DNA from: Candidatus Rifleibacteriota bacterium
GTDB lineage: Bacteria > Muiribacteriota > Ozemobacteria > Ozemobacterales > Ozemobacteraceae
Direction of reading: 5' to 3'
NCBI GenBank assembly: GCA_012517355.1
Contig: JAAYVD010000050.1
Span: 23,350 to 87,349 of the forward strand
Length of the DNA: 64,000 nt
Both the position numbers and the translations under genes were made by a program. Shown here in pieces: positions 62,101-64,000 of the stretch (the first letter of the stretch is position 1; each line of letters starts with the position of its first letter). The notes under the pieces were generated by a model. It made no database searches and was not told the origin of the DNA. It saw only the letters and a program-made list of their open reading frames with translations.

Positions 62101-64000
62101 GGCCCGCCGGGGGGCCGGCCTGCTGCCGCTGCTGTTGTTCATCCTGCTGCTGGGGGTGATCGGGTGGGCCCTCTCCCTCGTCGACCTGGTGGAGCGGGAG
62201 AGGCGCACCGGGGCCGAGGAGGAACTGGGCATCCTGGCCGGAACCCTGGCCCGCCGCCTCGACCCCGAGATGGCCGGGGAGGCGGCCGGCCGCCGGCTTC
62301 TCGTCTGGTGCCAGCGGCGGCCGGGAGCGGGACCCGCCCTGCACCGCCGCCTCGCCGGCTTCCGCCGGGTCTGGGGCCCCCACGCCGACCCCGGGGTGTT
62401 CGGCCCCGACGGCCGCCTGCGCACCCCGGCCAGCATGCCGCTGCACAGCCGGTTCATCATGCAGAAGCTGTGGGACATCCTGACCGGCCCCGCCAACGCG
62501 GCCGAACGCGAGGAGGCCCGACTGGCCCGCCAGTTCTCCACGCTGTTCGGCCCCGACTTCCTGCCCGGGGTCCTGCGCACCCGGCCGGGCCGGGCCCGCC
62601 GGTTCCGCTCCCGCAACCGGGAGGGGCTGGTCTGGTGGCGGCCCTCCGCGCCCGGCCAGGACCGGGCCGGCCTGTTGTGCATCTTCTGGCGGATCCCCCG
62701 CGCCACGCAGCTCCTGCGGCCACTGGTCGAGCCCCTGCGACGGCGCGGCCTCCACCTGGGCATCGCCACCGCCGACCACCGCCTCCGCCCGCTCGGCGCC
62801 CGCTGGCCCCGCGGCTGGCTGGCCGTCACCGAAGCCATGCTCCGGGCCGGGCACACCTCGGCCTGGGCGGGCCGCATGGGCGCCGTCCTGGTGCCGCCCG
62901 CCGACCGTCGGCTGGTCCTGGCCCGCGCCTTCCCCCGGGCCGACCTCGACCCTGCCCGGCGCGGGGTGTGGCTGGCCGGCGGGGTGCTCGCCCTGGGGAT
63001 GCTGCTGCTCCTCGGCCGCGGGGAACGGGCCGGCCTGCCGGGTTTCCGCCTGACCGTGGGCCGCCGTTCCCTGCTCATCTTCCTGCTGGCCGCCCTGTTC
63101 CCCCTGCTGGGACTGGCCTTCCTCGGCATGCGCACCCTGCAGGACCGCCAGACCATCCTGCAGACCCGCGCCTTCACCCGGGCCCGGCTGCTGTTGGGCG
63201 AGCTCGACCGCGAATTCCTGCACGACCAGGACCGCTTCCTGGAACGGTGCCGGGCCCTGCAGGCGATCGCCCTCGCCTCCCGCGTCCCGCCCGAACCCAC
63301 CGACATCCCGCCCCACCTCGGATACTGGGAACTCCGCTCCCTCACCGGCGAGTTCTGGGGGAAATCCCCGCCGGCCGCTTGGGCCCGGGGCACCGACCTC
63401 TTCTTCGACGCCTTCGGCAAGGCGACCATCCTGCAACATCTGGAGGACCGGCTCGCCTCCAGTGGCAGGAAGGTCCTGCGGCCCCCCGACCCGGTGACCC
63501 AGCAACTGCTCTCCAACCCGCAGCTGGGCTTCTCCCACATCCTGCTGCGCGCCGATGCCGTCCACCTGACCCAGTTCGCGAAGATGCACCTCTACTGGTT
63601 CTGGGACGTCTTCCACGACGACTCCCACCCCCTGGCCTACATGACCGTCATGCACTCCCTGGCCGAGGCCTGGGATGCCTTCCTCGACCGGCGGCTGCCC
63701 CCGGGTTCCGCACCCCTCGCCTCTCCGCCGATCTTCCTGGTGAAGAACCTCGAGTCGGGCGTCTGGTATCCCCGCCACACCGCCATCGGCGCCGACCTCG
63801 AGGAACTCGCCCACCGCTGCGCCCTGGCCGGCGACACCATCCACCGCCCGGTGACCTGGAAGGGGGAACCGGGCCTCGCCCTCGCCGCTCCCGGCCGCCA
63901 CTTCTACGGGCATGTCCTGGTGGCCATCCAGCCCACCGCGTCCATCCTCGCCCCGCTCGCCCCCTTCCGCCAGGCCCTCGCCCTCGCCTGGCTGATCGGC
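62090..64000 (+). CDS. Partial (3'-truncated by the window end) membrane sensor protein. The N-terminal architecture resembles the HAMP-PP2C sensors at 5.5-11 kb. Not present in the supplied ORF track because it has no stop in the window.
   Basis: The frame beginning at GTG 62090 (alternative GTG at 62153) appears uninterrupted to 64000, with codon third positions GC-rich and TM helices (LLPLLLFILLLGVIGWALSL; LLIFLLAALFPLLGLAFLGM). The opposite-strand ORF 61925..63913 has a Gly/Arg/Ala/Glu-rich antisense-type composition and was rejected. Confidence 0.45.
   Translation, partial: MSVGARRGAGLLPLLLFILLLGVIGWALSLVDLVERERRTGAEEELGILAGTLARRLDPEMAGEAAGRRLLVWCQRRPGAGPALHRRLAGFRRVWGPHADPGVFGPDGRLRTPASMPLHSRFIMQKLWDILTGPANAAEREEARLARQFSTLFGPDFLPGVLRTRPGRARRFRSRNREGLVWWRPSAPGQDRAGLLCIFWRIPRATQLLRPLVEPLRRRGLHLGIATADHRLRPLGARWPRGWLAVTEAMLRAGHTSAWAGRMGAVLVPPADRRLVLARAFPRADLDPARRGVWLAGGVLALGMLLLLGRGERAGLPGFRLTVGRRSLLIFLLAALFPLLGLAFLGMRTLQDRQTILQTRAFTRARLLLGELDREFLHDQDRFLERCRALQAIALASRVPPEPTDIPPHLGYWELRSLTGEFWGKSPPAAWARGTDLFFDAFGKATILQHLEDRLASSGRKVLRPPDPVTQQLLSNPQLGFSHILLRADAVHLTQFAKMHLYWFWDVFHDDSHPLAYMTVMHSLAEAWDAFLDRRLPPGSAPLASPPIFLVKNLESGVWYPRHTAIGADLEELAHRCALAGDTIHRPVTWKGEPGLALAAPGRHFYGHVLVAIQPTASILAPLAPFRQALALAWLIG

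Overview
Bacterial chromosomal segment, very high GC (about 70% overall). Several genes have GGAGG-type Shine-Dalgarno sites. I could call about 30 genes; no rRNA, tRNA, CRISPR array, transposase or integrase is recognisable. Content is dominated by membrane and envelope signalling genes and very large surface proteins.

Features in order:
- Flotillin (SPFH) paired with an NfeD/YqiJ-like membrane protein.
- Two tandem paralogous TM-HAMP-PP2C(SpoIIE) sensor phosphatases. The first has lost the catalytic Asp/His motifs and is probably a pseudo-phosphatase. The N-terminus of a third, related sensor runs off the window end.
- An MJ0619/Tes-type radical SAM protein with an N-terminal Cys4 zinc ribbon.
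- A GAF-domain class III nucleotidyl cyclase.
- A PilC/GspF-like protein with no other pilus genes nearby.
- A DedA/YqaA-family membrane protein.
- An MscK-like mechanosensitive channel.
- An esterase / FecR-domain / CHASE2-cyclase gene string.
- A periplasmic Hsp20.
- An 1800-aa lipoprotein with about 8 Ig-like repeats, a lamin-tail domain and a C-terminal metzincin protease.
- A 3553-aa adhesin-like giant protein.
- A K+ channel / 1879-aa internally duplicated giant membrane protein / M50B protease operon.

Most interesting locus: a minus-strand operon at about 35.2-40.5 kb. A DUF2207-like membrane protein ends in ten C-H-x-A tetrapeptide repeats, encoded by a 12-bp tandem DNA repeat. An internal Met sits 10 residues before the repeats. 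Downstream lie a lower-GC direct/inverted-repeat hairpin region, a radical SAM/SPASM maturase with an N-terminal PqqD-like RiPP recognition element, and a further membrane protein. I read this as a candidate, apparently undescribed radical-SAM peptide or protein-tail modification system (RiPP-like or QhpC-like).

Other unexplained structure:
- A dispersed REP-like double-hairpin element in three copies.
- Two intergenic tandem-repeat arrays (36-bp and about 26-bp units).
- A roughly 600-bp low-GC intergenic island.
- A ~150-aa C-terminal domain shared between the 3553-aa protein and a small secreted K/P-linker protein.
- A canonical prepilin cleavage motif (G|FxxxE) embedded in the middle of the 1879-aa protein.
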